A DNA stretch of 64,000 nucleotides from Escherichia phage vB_EcoM_Lutter. Shown in pieces: positions 34,267 through 46,880 of this stretch (the stretch's first letter is position 1; each line of letters starts with the position of its first letter). The notes beneath the pieces were generated by a model. That model was not told the origin of the DNA. It saw only the letters and a list, made by a program, of their open reading frames with translations, and made no database searches. The position numbers and the translations under genes are program-made. The stretch is taken from sequence record NC_054924.1. The stretch is one strand, 5' to 3'.

Positions 34267-34515
34267 TTACTTCAGTGTTACCACAAAGTGACGAACTGCT
34301 TTTCGTGCAGCAGAAGCCAAAGGCTTAGCATATTTAAGTTCATCTTTTTCCTGAAGCTCAGCAGCTAATGCAGTTTGAGCAGGATTCAGATGTTTGAAAT
34401 AACGCAGGATTTCAAGAGCTTCGGCTTCAACATCAATAGATGCGCCATAGTTTTCGTGACCATTATTCCATGCGTTTCGTTGCAGTTCAAGAGCGTGTTG
34501 TAATTGTTTAATCAT
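34267..34515 (-). CDS. rIII: rIII lysis-inhibition accessory protein
   Basis: 82 aa; sequence MIKQLQHALELQRNAWNNGHENYG... recognised as T4 RIII. Confidence 0.85.
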   Translation of the reverse strand: MIKQLQHALELQRNAWNNGHENYGASIDVEAEALEILRYFKHLNPAQTALAAELQEKDELKYAKPLASAARKAVRHFVVTLK

Positions 34516-34662
34516 TTAAAAATTCTCGTTAGAGATTAAAACTCGGTAGTCACGTTCTTCTGAATTTCATCTTCTTTCGACAGATCTCTCAGTTGTAGAC
34601 TACCACATAGAATTGTTCGGTTAACTTATTATTCCGACACCCAATTCATATTATTATTTATA

Positions 34663-34998
34663 TCACTTATAAAGACACGGAATAGCTTTATAGTGACAGG
34701 TAACAAATTTTTGTTTAATTTCTTTTGGCTGCTTAAGACCCAGAGCTACAAAAGGATGCGGAACATTTCGAATTTGACCAACTGGGAGAGAAGTCAAATC
34801 ACCAACTTCGCAGAAACCTTCAGGAACATCAGGACCGACAGAGTGAATTACACACAGTTCAGGAACTTCACCTTGAACACGTTTACCGATAATAAGTCCT
34901 GATTCTGTAACTTCTTCATCACCGGCTTGTGCAGGTTCAGAAACTAAAATAACATATTCACCGACAGCACGAATTGGTAGCTGTTGTACTTCAGACAT
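34663..34998 (-). CDS. 31: gp31 co-chaperonin (GroES analogue) for capsid folding
   Basis: 111 aa; sequence recognised as T4 gp31. Confidence 0.95.
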   Translation of the reverse strand: MSEVQQLPIRAVGEYVILVSEPAQAGDEEVTESGLIIGKRVQGEVPELCVIHSVGPDVPEGFCEVGDLTSLPVGQIRNVPHPFVALGLKQPKEIKQKFVTCHYKAIPCLYK

Positions 34999-35054
34999 CG
35001 TTTTTCCTTTTTGTTAACAGATGAGTTAATAATAACAAATAATTCTTAAAGCAT

Positions 35055-35363
35055 TTATTTACCAATAAATTGAAGCAAATGCTCAACTTTCATACCATTA
35101 ACAGAAATCAATTTGTCAATAGAAAAACCTCGCCATGCACCGAGCTCAACATCAAATACTGGAATCATATCCGTAGATTCTTTCCGAGTAGATTCAGTCA
35201 ATTTACCGGTTTGCATGGTTGGCATAAAGTCTGCATCACGAGTACCTTTCATAGTACGAATAGTACCATCAGACTTTTCAAAAACTACGTTTGAAACACC
35301 CATGGACAATTTAGTTTTCAAAATTTCACGAATTGCTACTTTCTGCTCAGTTGTTAGTTTCAT
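35055..35363 (-). CDS. Hypothetical protein (31.1 position)
   Basis: 102 aa ORF. Confidence 0.6.
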   Translation of the reverse strand: MKLTTEQKVAIREILKTKLSMGVSNVVFEKSDGTIRTMKGTRDADFMPTMQTGKLTESTRKESTDMIPVFDVELGAWRGFSIDKLISVNGMKVEHLLQFIGK

Positions 35364-35600
35364 TTATTTACCTATCACAGTTTTAATATGAGTTGTTCCA
35401 CGTTCTTTAAGGGTGGAAAGTAATTTTTGGCATTTTTCTAAATCAGATTTCCAACTATATGGTCTATCAATACTAGTCCAATCAGTTTTATAATACTGTT
35501 TCCATTTAGAGAAAAAATATTTCTTATACTCTACAGCAAATGAGATGTTCTCGTTAGAATAAGAACTAATTGCTGTGAGCTTTACCAAACGAAATTTCAT
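35364..35600 (-). CDS. Hypothetical protein (31.2 position)
   Basis: 78 aa ORF; start overlaps cd stop. Confidence 0.55.
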   Translation of the reverse strand: MKFRLVKLTAISSYSNENISFAVEYKKYFFSKWKQYYKTDWTSIDRPYSWKSDLEKCQKLLSTLKERGTTHIKTVIGK

Positions 35601-36181
35601 TATTCACCGCAGAATTCGTTGATATTTTCCCAGTTTAACTTATTCAAGTTTTTCTTAGGAACATTAAACACTTCAATACCTGCATTTCGCAGAATATCAT
35701 CCCAACCAGGTTTATTTTTGTCGTATGTTTCACAATAAACCAGCTTTTTAATACCAGATTGAGCTATCGCTTTTGCGCAATCTGGGCAAGGAGAAAGTGT
35801 TACATACATAGTAGCACCTTCAATAGAAGAACCATTTCGTGCAGCAAACAAAATTGCATTTAGTTCAGCATGAATTTCATTTTTAGATGACCATTCCGAG
35901 TGAGCACTACGATGTTCTTTCGCCAAAACAAAACGATCAGTTGAACCAAATGATACGCATTCAGGCTTATGACCTTGAATGATAGTATGTTTAGGCTTAT
36001 TCAGCAACCAACCTTGCTCAGCAGCATAATCGCAGCAATTCACACCCCCGGCAGGTGAACCATTATATCCGGTAGAAATAATACGTCCATTCTTTTCAAT
36101 TACCGCTCCTACCTTCCAGGAGCAACATTTTGATTCTTGTGATACTAAATATGCAATTTGAAGTACTGTACTCGCTTTCAT
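35600..36181 (-). CDS. cd: dCMP deaminase
   Basis: 193 aa; zinc motifs HAELNA and PCPDCA typical of dCMP/cytidine deaminase; recognised as T4 Cd. Confidence 0.95.
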   Translation of the reverse strand: MKASTVLQIAYLVSQESKCCSWKVGAVIEKNGRIISTGYNGSPAGGVNCCDYAAEQGWLLNKPKHTIIQGHKPECVSFGSTDRFVLAKEHRSAHSEWSSKNEIHAELNAILFAARNGSSIEGATMYVTLSPCPDCAKAIAQSGIKKLVYCETYDKNKPGWDDILRNAGIEVFNVPKKNLNKLNWENINEFCGE

Positions 36182-36516
36182 TTCATAATCACCAGATAAG
36201 CAGATTTAGCAGTTTCAACACGATAAATTTCGTGACGAAGTTTAGTTATACTTTTAATAACAGAACTAATTATATTCTGCCCATCTTTAAAGCGGTTTTT
36301 CTTATCAATAAAAATTGCACCAACCATCTTTTTGTGAAGCTCAACTGGATACTTCGTCACAATAATAGCATCATATACAGAAGGATGAATACTATTTACT
36401 AGAGTGTCATTCATTAAAGTTATTCTAATGAACTGTGCTGTTTCAGAGTCAAGCGCTCTATGATCGCCAGTATCATTTTCAAGACAATTATCAATTATAT
36501 CAGTTAAATTCATCAT
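36178..36516 (-). CDS. Hypothetical protein (cd.1 position)
   Basis: 112 aa ORF with ATGA overlaps. Confidence 0.55.
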   Translation of the reverse strand: MMNLTDIIDNCLENDTGDHRALDSETAQFIRITLMNDTLVNSIHPSVYDAIIVTKYPVELHKKMVGAIFIDKKNRFKDGQNIISSVIKSITKLRHEIYRVETAKSAYLVIMK

Positions 36517-36749
36517 AGTACGCCATACACCCTTTGTGCTTCAACTAATCCATCAAAATCCAGTTTAAGATGCGATATTTGATCGCCATCGCCTGGATTC
36601 ACAATTACTAATACTGAACGAGGAGTTTCGGTAATAACACGAACCGATGTTTCAGGAAATCGTTCAGAAACCTTATTTACCAATTCCTGAGCAAATAGTT
36701 TAACTTTTTCTTGGAATTCTTTAACAGTAATTGGTTTTTCACTTAGCAT
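36513..36749 (-). CDS. Hypothetical protein (cd.2 position)
   Basis: 78 aa ORF. Confidence 0.55.
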   Translation of the reverse strand: MLSEKPITVKEFQEKVKLFAQELVNKVSERFPETSVRVITETPRSVLVIVNPGDGDQISHLKLDFDGLVEAQRVYGVL

Positions 36750-37270
36750 GTTGATCCCAGCTCCTTACTTTCAACGTTTTTAACTAATTTGACAGAAACT
36801 AATTCAGCATCTTGAGTAATCATTACCGGGCCTTCTTCATACTCTTCAAGATATTCTAGAGCTTTCTTTTTAGCTTCTTCCTTCGTATCAGTTTGAGCAT
36901 AGATATAAAACATACAACCAGTAATACCTACTACTTTCCACTTAATTTCTTTATCAGTTTTAATTTCAAATTTACTGACAGAATCATCTTTTTGAACTTC
37001 TTCGAAAAAAGAATATTCTAACATATAAGCAATTGAAAATAACGGGCTAACTTTATAAGATTCGCCCATTACATCAACAGCTTTATACCAACAATCATCA
37101 ATTTCGCGTTTAATGCTAATAACATTTTTCGCAGGATCTATTTTTACTTTAAATGAATTTTCCCCAATAAACTGGGCAATTCGTTTATTAGCCCCGCAAG
37201 TTTCATTAAAAATATCTTTATATCCAGCTTTAAAGCGATAAACCTTATCTTCTTCAAACCATTCGCTCAT
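36743..37270 (-). CDS. Hypothetical protein (cd.3 position)
   Basis: 175 aa ORF, GAGGAAA SD, early promoter upstream. Confidence 0.6.
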   Translation of the reverse strand: MSEWFEEDKVYRFKAGYKDIFNETCGANKRIAQFIGENSFKVKIDPAKNVISIKREIDDCWYKAVDVMGESYKVSPLFSIAYMLEYSFFEEVQKDDSVSKFEIKTDKEIKWKVVGITGCMFYIYAQTDTKEEAKKKALEYLEEYEEGPVMITQDAELVSVKLVKNVESKELGSTC

Positions 37271-37300
37271 TTCAATTTCCTCATTTGTTTTGGTAGAGCT

Positions 37301-37330
37301 ATAATATCACAACTCTACCGTAAAGTAAAC
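37301..37330 (-). promoter_or_regulatory. T4-type early promoter
   Basis: Minus strand GTTTAC, 18 nt spacer, TATTAT; upstream of ORF 36743..37270. Confidence 0.55.
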
Positions 37331-37332
37331 TA

Positions 37333-37608
37333 TTAAATTGCTTTGAATTCTGATGTCTGTGATTCAAAGCGAATATCGCCTTTGATGACTAGCTCAGCAT
37401 CAAGACCGAATACAACAATGATATGCGCTGAACCTGGATACAACGTGATGGCAACAGAATCCACCTGGTCTGGAAGCAAAGTATTCAATACATGAGTCAC
37501 TTGAGCGTGGATTCGAAGTTCAGCTGCATTATCAAGCTTTTCAAACATGTTATTAGCGATAATTTGGCTAAACACTACTTCTACGATTTTAGAGTAAGTC
37601 GGAAACAT
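37333..37608 (-). CDS. Hypothetical protein (cd.4 position)
   Basis: ATG at 37608 with GAGGT SD (ORF-track start 37638 is TTG); 91 aa. Confidence 0.55.
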   Translation of the reverse strand: MFPTYSKIVEVVFSQIIANNMFEKLDNAAELRIHAQVTHVLNTLLPDQVDSVAITLYPGSAHIIVVFGLDAELVIKGDIRFESQTSEFKAI

Positions 37609-37610
37609 AT

Positions 37611-37811
37611 TTACCTCACATAATTTTCTTCGAGCCAATCAATAACATCCAAAGCGTTATCAAAAGTTGAACCATCTACTTTGTCTTCTGTTTCATAATC
37701 AAGAACATCTAGGCCTACTCTTCCGTCAACAATAGGCCATAAACAAAATAGATATTTCTTTTCTTTTTCAATTTTATCACAAAGACGATAAATCTTTTCT
37801 ATATTATTCAT
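37611..37811 (-). CDS. Hypothetical protein (cd.5 position)
   Basis: 66 aa ORF. Confidence 0.5.
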   Translation of the reverse strand: MNNIEKIYRLCDKIEKEKKYLFCLWPIVDGRVGLDVLDYETEDKVDGSTFDNALDVIDWLEENYVR

Positions 37812-38000
37812 AAGTTTTCCATGGTAAAGGCAGTTTAGTTTTCTTTACTGTTAGTTCAATATCAGGATTCTTTTCTCTTAATTTAAGGCATTCCTCCCAA
37901 GCTCTGATTTCACTAGTGAATACACAAAATTGCCCATTACTAGTACCAACTAAACCACTATTTACAATAACAATAGACCAAGTTTCATGATGCCACGCCA

Positions 38001-38001
<1 letters not shown>
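37804..38001 (-). CDS. Hypothetical protein
   Basis: 65 aa ORF; start overlaps pseT stop. Confidence 0.5.
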
Positions 38002-39226
<1,225 letters not shown>

Positions 39227-39229
39227 TTA

Positions 39230-39460
39230 TTATTTCTCAACCAATGATTGAATATAATCATGCAGGTCTTTAGATGCTTTACCCCACTTATTTTGGTATT
39301 CATTTTTAAGATTAGCCCGAGATTGAGCTAATAAAACATCATTAGTTGGAGGTAAAGATTCTAACCGTTGAATCTGGCGTCCATAAATCATTGCAGCCAT
39401 CTCGGATTCATAAATCAATCCTTTGAGATGTTCAAATTGATGCCATGAAATCATTTGCAT
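39230..39460 (-). CDS. Hypothetical protein
   Basis: 76 aa ORF. Confidence 0.5.
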   Translation of the reverse strand: MQMISWHQFEHLKGLIYESEMAAMIYGRQIQRLESLPPTNDVLLAQSRANLKNEYQNKWGKASKDLHDYIQSLVEK

Positions 39461-39750
39461 TTATCCTCTTTTAGCTCTTGACGATAATAACATATCATAG
39501 TTTTTTGGTCATGTACATATCGTTTTACATCATTAAGCCAAATACGAAATTCCTGGGAATCTTCAAATGGCATACCGACCCAAGCTTTACCATCAATAAC
39601 TTTAACTTGCCAAGATAGTTTAGCTTCATCATATGACTTTATTTGTACAGGCCAATTAGGATGAACTGTTTCTTTCTTTACTTCTAGAGGCTTTGTCGAA
39701 CAACCAACTAGAAGACCAATAGATAATATTACTGCTGATAGTTTAATCAT
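39451..39750 (-). CDS. Outer-membrane lipoprotein, o-spanin candidate (pseT.2-like)
   Basis: Signal peptide MIKLSAVILSIGLLVGC with lipobox LVGC; 99 aa; adjacent to i-spanin candidate. Confidence 0.75.
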   Translation of the reverse strand: MIKLSAVILSIGLLVGCSTKPLEVKKETVHPNWPVQIKSYDEAKLSWQVKVIDGKAWVGMPFEDSQEFRIWLNDVKRYVHDQKTMICYYRQELKEDKCK

Positions 39751-40100
39751 TTAGAAAGGTCCTGGATGTCTTCTGCGAACTTGTTGAAGGAGTTGTTGAT
39801 TTGTTTTTCAACCAATCCTGGCTTATGAGCCACCACATCCGCCTTCTTTGCGTCTTTGCGCAGTTTTTCATTTTCACGCTCAATAGCAGCAATTGCCTCA
39901 CGATTTTTATTATTCATCGCATCAATATAATTATACTGAATTCGCAAATTGTTTAATGCTAAAGCGTTTTCATTGGCCGTTTTTGTAATTTCTACAACAG
40001 ACGTTTCTAATCTTTCAATTTTATTTTTTAAAATTAAAGAAGTTCCGCCCAATGCAATTACAATTAATAGCAAACCTGTTGTCGTATTACTTAATTGCAT
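39747..40100 (-). CDS. Inner-membrane coiled-coil protein, i-spanin candidate (pseT.3-like)
   Basis: N-terminal transmembrane helix followed by a coiled-coil-like periplasmic domain; 117 aa. Confidence 0.7.
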   Translation of the reverse strand: MQLSNTTTGLLLIVIALGGTSLILKNKIERLETSVVEITKTANENALALNNLRIQYNYIDAMNNKNREAIAAIERENEKLRKDAKKADVVAHKPGLVEKQINNSFNKFAEDIQDLSK

Positions 40101-40597
40101 AAAGTTTTAATAACCTCTATAATATCGTCTTGAGAAAGACCGTTAATTAAAATATGATGTTCCGCCGGAGATTTAGAAATTTTAAAGCATGCCGCAACAT
40201 CTTCTGCCATATCTGATGCACTACGATTTGGATTACTAATCCCAAGGCGGTGTTTTCCCGTTAAAGGATTAACGATGATATAGCATTTACAGTTGTTAAT
40301 ATGAACATTAGGTTGAGTCTGATTAATGAACACATCACAATCATATTTCGCAAGCTGATTTTCTAAAAAGACTTTCATCTCCTCAACCGCATCAGGAAGC
40401 ATATCACGGGCTTGCTCAAGACGACGATTTCGATATTCTTTAATGGTCGTTTTCCGCTTGACTTGCTTAGCTAAATCTTTCTTAAGATCGGTGATATATC
40501 CAACTCGACGATTTCCTTTGAATACAAAAATCCCATCTGTAGTATCACCGTATGCTTCAACGACCATTTCAGTAGTAATAAGTTGTAAATCCATCAT
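40091..40597 (-). CDS. alc: Alc, inhibitor of host transcription on cytosine DNA
   Basis: 168 aa ORF between pseT cluster and rnlA as in T4; identification by position and recalled sequence. Confidence 0.65.
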   Translation of the reverse strand: MMDLQLITTEMVVEAYGDTTDGIFVFKGNRRVGYITDLKKDLAKQVKRKTTIKEYRNRRLEQARDMLPDAVEEMKVFLENQLAKYDCDVFINQTQPNVHINNCKCYIIVNPLTGKHRLGISNPNRSASDMAEDVAACFKISKSPAEHHILINGLSQDDIIEVIKTLCN

Positions 40598-40601
40598 AAA
40601 G

Positions 40602-40655
40602 TCCTCATGTTATGTCAGTAAGACTACTATAACACAACACGAGGGACTTGTAAAC
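40602..40655 (-). repeat. 54-nt early-promoter cassette, copy 2 (identical to 26325..26378)
   Basis: Exact 54/54 identity with copy 1; drives alc. Confidence 0.8.
40626..40655 (-). promoter_or_regulatory. T4-type early promoter upstream of alc
   Basis: Minus strand GTTTAC, 18 nt spacer, TATAGT, then GAGGA SD and ATG. Confidence 0.6.
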
Positions 40656-40658
40656 AGC

Positions 40659-42246
<1,588 letters not shown>

Positions 42247-42254
42247 AATAAAAT

Positions 42255-42268
42255 GGGCCTTGCGGCCC
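42255..42268 (-). promoter_or_regulatory. Hairpin between SD and start codon of denA (structured RBS)
   Basis: GGGCC-gcaa-GGCCC on the minus strand lies between AAGGAG (42270..42275) and ATG (42244..42246). Confidence 0.4.
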
Positions 42269-42273
42269 ACTCC

Positions 42274-43443
42274 TTAAAAATATTTTTTAAAACTCATCAT
42301 AACTTTATCATCAACATCATTATCAATCTGTGCTACAAGGTAAGATGACAGTTCTACTTCTTGCGGCGCGGATTGAACATTATCAGAATTAAGGTATTCA
42401 CGAATCCAAGGATATGGATGTTTAACCGGAGCATCGGTAATTGGGCATGGAAGACCGCACTGTTTCATACGAGATACAGTTAAGTAATCAATAAAGCTCC
42501 ACATGCTATTTGTATTTAATCCAGGAACATCACCATCTTTAAATAAATGAACTGCCCAATCTTTTTCTTGGCGGTTAACTTCCATGAAAATATCAACTGC
42601 TTCTTGTTCACACTCTTGAGCAATTTTAACCCATTCATCGCCATCAGTGCCAAGTTGAAGTTGACGAATAATATATTGAGTGCCTTTAAGGTGAAGCTGC
42701 TCATCACGTGCAATGAACTTCATAATCTTGGCATTACCTTCCATGATTTCCATATTCTTGTGGAAGTTAAAGGTACATGCGAAAGATACATAAAAACGAA
42801 TAGCTTCTAAGGCATTAATAACGTGCAAACAGAGGTAAAGAGATTTCATTAGCTCTCGTTTGGCGTATTCAACGACTTTACCAAGTTCATCTTTGCGCCA
42901 ACCTTCAGACAAAATTCCTTCGTATTCTTCTTTAGCGTTTTCCCATTCACGGGTTTTAACCAAGACATCATCGTAATATCGCCCAATGGACTCAGCACGT
43001 TTCATAATAGCTTCATCTAATACAATCTCATCAAACACCTTCGATGGATCAGTATAAAGATTTCGCATGATATGTGTATATGAACGGCTGTGAATAGTTT
43101 CACTAAAAGTCCACGTAGCAACCCATGTATCAAGGCTTGGGTCTGAAATTAATGACATAAGTACAGCAGATGGCGCGCGACCCTGAATGCTATCCAAAAG
43201 TGATTGATACTTCAGGTTATTAGTAAAAATATTCTGTTGATACTGAGGAAGTTTATTAAATTGTGCAGCATCCATCATCAAGTTTACTTCTTCAGGACGC
43301 CAGAAAAATGATAAAGATTTCTCAATAAGTTCTTCAAATACTCTATGCCGTTGAATATCATATCGAGCTAAACCCAATCCAGAACCAAAAAACATCGGCT
43401 CAGTCAAAATATTAACAGGGGATGTATTAAAAACTGTACTCAT
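42274..43443 (-). CDS. nrdB: Ribonucleotide reductase small subunit, uninterrupted (no intron)
   Basis: 389 aa continuous ORF; diiron ligand motifs; recognised as T4 NrdB. Confidence 0.95.
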   Translation of the reverse strand: MSTVFNTSPVNILTEPMFFGSGLGLARYDIQRHRVFEELIEKSLSFFWRPEEVNLMMDAAQFNKLPQYQQNIFTNNLKYQSLLDSIQGRAPSAVLMSLISDPSLDTWVATWTFSETIHSRSYTHIMRNLYTDPSKVFDEIVLDEAIMKRAESIGRYYDDVLVKTREWENAKEEYEGILSEGWRKDELGKVVEYAKRELMKSLYLCLHVINALEAIRFYVSFACTFNFHKNMEIMEGNAKIMKFIARDEQLHLKGTQYIIRQLQLGTDGDEWVKIAQECEQEAVDIFMEVNRQEKDWAVHLFKDGDVPGLNTNSMWSFIDYLTVSRMKQCGLPCPITDAPVKHPYPWIREYLNSDNVQSAPQEVELSSYLVAQIDNDVDDKVMMSFKKYF

Positions 43444-44081
43444 TTAGAATCCTTAAATTTACATTTATCATAATGCCATCTTAGAGCATTGCCTTTATTA
43501 ACCTTCTTGCCACAATGCGGACAAGGCGGATACTCTATACTTTGCTTAGTTCTCAAAGAAATCAAATCACGAGTTTCTTTAGTATGAGGAACATCTCTTG
43601 TTGGAGAGATTGTACCATACATCGGATTAAGCACGCCGACTTTAGCAGCAGCTATATTCTTTTTAGCTTCTTCGGTTTTAGGTTTTCTCATGCGAGCTAA
43701 ATGCTCTTTGGTAAATTTCCTTCCTTTAAGAGCTCTACTTATCTTTTCCCTGGTTTCTATAGAAACTTCACGTCCTATAGCAGCTTCAGATAAACGTCGT
43801 CTACCTAATTCGTATAGTTGAGAAGAAATTTTATATGAGCGATTTTTACCAGTCAAGCACATTAAACCAAAAGCTTTCTTTAATCCTGGGGTGTCATATA
43901 TTTTGCATAAAAGCCAATGAGCTATAAAATGCTCTCTACCTGTTAATTCAACTAAATTTTCTTTATCATCAGAACCTCCCATACATCTAGGGATTATATG
44001 ATGAGTCTCTTTATATTCAGATAAAGGTTCCCGAGCCTGAGCTCGGGAAATTAGGTCATTATAGATTTTTTGATAATTCAT
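43440..44081 (-). CDS. mobE: HNH homing endonuclease (MobE-like)
   Basis: 213 aa; HNH motif HHIIPRCMGGSDDKENLVELTGREHFIAHW; C-terminal CPHCGKK zinc finger; sits between nrdA and nrdB. Confidence 0.8.
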   Translation of the reverse strand: MNYQKIYNDLISRAQAREPLSEYKETHHIIPRCMGGSDDKENLVELTGREHFIAHWLLCKIYDTPGLKKAFGLMCLTGKNRSYKISSQLYELGRRRLSEAAIGREVSIETREKISRALKGRKFTKEHLARMRKPKTEEAKKNIAAAKVGVLNPMYGTISPTRDVPHTKETRDLISLRTKQSIEYPPCPHCGKKVNKGNALRWHYDKCKFKDSK

Positions 44082-46345
44082 TACAATTTACACGCTGCGC
44101 AATCATCGGCTTTTGGAGTTTCTATTTCATAATCATCAGTACCAGAACCATCGCGGGTATTATGATAATAGAAATTTTTTCCGCCAAAATACCAAAAATA
44201 CAAAAGGTCATCAATCATTATTGACATTGGAACCTTTCCTTTTGGAAAAATCTGTGGGTCATAATATGTATTCGCCGAAGCTGATTGACAAACCCATTTC
44301 AGCATAATAGCTACCTGCGTAAGATAAGGTTTATTACCTTTCTTAGCTAATTTCCATGTATAATCATAGAGGTCTATGTTATGCTCAATATTGGGCACGA
44401 CTTGATTAAAGGAGCCCTCTTTTGATTCTTTAACAGAGACTGGTCCACGTGGAGGCTCGATACCGTTTGTACTGTTAGAAACTTGGGAAGATGACTCACA
44501 TGGCATAAGTGCTGATAATGTGCTATTACGGATGCCAAAGAGCTTAAGGTCTTCCCGCAGCGACGACCAGTCACAAACGTATTTTGGAGCTGCGATTTGG
44601 TCAATCTTTTTATTGTACCAGTCGATAGGTAATTCGCCTCGAGACCAACGAGTGTCTGAATAATATTCGCAAGGTCCTTTTTCTTTGGCGAGCTTAATGG
44701 ATGCTTTAATGAGTCCATACTGTAATCTCTCAAATAGTTCATGTGTTAAATCGTTAGCATCTTCATAAGAAGCAAAGTTACTTGCCAGCCAAGCTGCATA
44801 GTTAGTAACACCTACACCAAGGTTTCGACGCTTTTTAGCTTTTTCTGCTTCAGGAACTGGATATCCTTGGTAATCCAAAAGATTATCAAGAGCACGAACT
44901 TGAACTTCTGCCAATTCATTAATTTTATCTTGGTCTTGCCAGTCAAAATTATCCAGTACGAATGCAGAGAGAGTACACAATCCAATTTCAGCATCAGGAC
45001 TATTCACATCATTTGTTGGAATAGCAATTTCACAGCACAAGTTACTCTGACGAATAGGTGCCTTTTCACGAATAAACGGAGTATAGTTATTCGTATTATC
45101 AATGAACTGCACATAAATCCTTGCTGTTCCTGAACGTTCAGTCATGAGCAATTCAAATAGTTCACGGGCTTTAATACGCTTTTTACGAATATTAGGGTCT
45201 TTTTCTGCTGCTTCGTATAATTCACGGAAACGGTCTTGGTCTTTAAAATAAGAATAATAAAGCTCGCCACCCATTTCATGCGGACTGAACAAAGTAATGT
45301 AATCGTTCTTTCCGAATCGTTCCATCATCAAATCATTCAGCTGAACACCATAATCCATATGACGAATGCGGTTTTCTTCTACGCCTTTGTTATTTTTCAA
45401 AACGAGAAGATTTTCAACTTCCAAATGCCAAATAGGATAATAAGCAGTAGCAGCGCCGCCACGAATTCCACCCTGTGAACATGATTTAACTGCAGTCTGA
45501 AAATGTTTCCAAAAAGGAATAACACCAGTATGGCGTACTTCACCCATGCCAATCTTAGAACCTTCAGCACGAATCATACCTACGTTAATTCCAATTCCAG
45601 CGCGTTTAGAAATATATTCAACAATTGAAGCAGAAGCTTTATTAATTGACTTCAATGAATCACCAGCTTCAATAACAACGCATGAACTAAACTGTCGAGT
45701 CGGAGTACGGCAACCAGCCATAATAGGAGTTGGCAATGAAATCTGTCGAGTAGATACTGCTTCATAAAAACGAATAACATGTTTTAATCTATCAACAGGT
45801 TCATCTTGATGCAATGCCATTCCAATAGTCATAAATGCAAACTGTGGAGTTTCATAAATTTGACCAGTGGTTTTATCTTTAACTAGATATTTTTCTTTTA
45901 ATTGCATCGCCCCGGAATAAGTAAATTCCATATCCCGCTCGTGCTTAATTTTTGATTCTAAAAATGTAATTTCTTCTGCTGAATATTTTGACAATAATTC
46001 AGGGTCGTATTTACCTTCATTTACACAGTAAGAAATATGGTCAATAAATGAACGTGGTTCATACTGTCCATAAACATGCTTACGAAGAGCAAACATTAAA
46101 CAACGTGCAGCTACATATTGATAATCAGGCTCTTCAACCGAAATAGAATTCGCAGCAGCCTTAATGACAATAGTCTGAATATCATTAGTTGTCATTCCAT
46201 CACGGAGATAAGATTTAATATTTTCATATAATTCATAAGGATCTACTGATGTTCCTTCAGCTGCCCAAGATAAAACTTTAATAATTTTTTGTGGGTCAAA
46301 GCTCTGAGAAACACCACTACTTTTGATAACATTAATTAATTGCAT
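44081..46345 (-). CDS. nrdA: Ribonucleotide reductase large subunit
   Basis: 754 aa; N-terminal ATP-cone; class I RNR catalytic motifs; recognised as T4 NrdA. Confidence 0.97.
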   Translation of the reverse strand: MQLINVIKSSGVSQSFDPQKIIKVLSWAAEGTSVDPYELYENIKSYLRDGMTTNDIQTIVIKAAANSISVEEPDYQYVAARCLMFALRKHVYGQYEPRSFIDHISYCVNEGKYDPELLSKYSAEEITFLESKIKHERDMEFTYSGAMQLKEKYLVKDKTTGQIYETPQFAFMTIGMALHQDEPVDRLKHVIRFYEAVSTRQISLPTPIMAGCRTPTRQFSSCVVIEAGDSLKSINKASASIVEYISKRAGIGINVGMIRAEGSKIGMGEVRHTGVIPFWKHFQTAVKSCSQGGIRGGAATAYYPIWHLEVENLLVLKNNKGVEENRIRHMDYGVQLNDLMMERFGKNDYITLFSPHEMGGELYYSYFKDQDRFRELYEAAEKDPNIRKKRIKARELFELLMTERSGTARIYVQFIDNTNNYTPFIREKAPIRQSNLCCEIAIPTNDVNSPDAEIGLCTLSAFVLDNFDWQDQDKINELAEVQVRALDNLLDYQGYPVPEAEKAKKRRNLGVGVTNYAAWLASNFASYEDANDLTHELFERLQYGLIKASIKLAKEKGPCEYYSDTRWSRGELPIDWYNKKIDQIAAPKYVCDWSSLREDLKLFGIRNSTLSALMPCESSSQVSNSTNGIEPPRGPVSVKESKEGSFNQVVPNIEHNIDLYDYTWKLAKKGNKPYLTQVAIMLKWVCQSASANTYYDPQIFPKGKVPMSIMIDDLLYFWYFGGKNFYYHNTRDGSGTDDYEIETPKADDCAACKL

Positions 46346-46599
46346 AAGTCCTCAACTTGAAAATCGTCTTTAAACAATCGGTTAACTATATGAGCTATTA
46401 TATCACCATGACACGGCTTTGGTTTACATGTGCATCCTAGCCTCATTCCACGTAAAGGCTCTAAATGTGCTTTAGTTATTTCTCCGGATTTAATTCGACG
46501 TATAAAATCTTTTTTTGAATAATTCAATGGCAGCCTCCCGGCTGCCAGCATCTTTACCGACGTAATTTCCCCAAAATGTACCGCGGTGAATATTAACAT
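46336..46599 (-). CDS. Hypothetical protein (nrdA.1 position)
   Basis: ATG at 46599 (ORF-track start 46602 is TTG); contains CTCKPKPCHGD Cys/His cluster. Confidence 0.55.
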   Translation of the reverse strand: MLIFTAVHFGEITSVKMLAAGRLPLNYSKKDFIRRIKSGEITKAHLEPLRGMRLGCTCKPKPCHGDIIAHIVNRLFKDDFQVEDLCN

Positions 46600-46616
46600 C
46601 AAAGTCGGATTTGTAT

Positions 46617-46880
46617 TTATTCACTACCCGACATAGACGGCCCGCGCGGTGATAATTCGGCATATTGTTTTTCCGTTAATACAGTAATATCGTAGTAACA
46701 GTCAGAAGAAGTTTTAACTGTGGAAATTTTATTGTCAAAATATTCACGAGTCATTGTATGAGTATAGTATTTTTTACCATAAATGATAATAGGCTGTTCT
46801 GGTCCTGGAACTTCTAACTCGCTTGGGTTAGGAAGTGTAAAAAGAACAACGCCAGAAGTATCTTTAAATCGTAAAATCAT
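46617..46880 (-). CDS. Hypothetical protein (nrdA.2 position)
   Basis: 87 aa ORF. Confidence 0.5.
   Translation of the reverse strand: MILRFKDTSGVVLFTLPNPSELEVPGPEQPIIIYGKKYYTHTMTREYFDNKISTVKTSSDCYYDITVLTEKQYAELSPRGPSMSGSE

Noticed and set aside
42274-43443. Searched nrdB for a group I intron as in T4
   Set aside because: nrdB is a single uninterrupted 389-codon frame with no internal stop or insertion.
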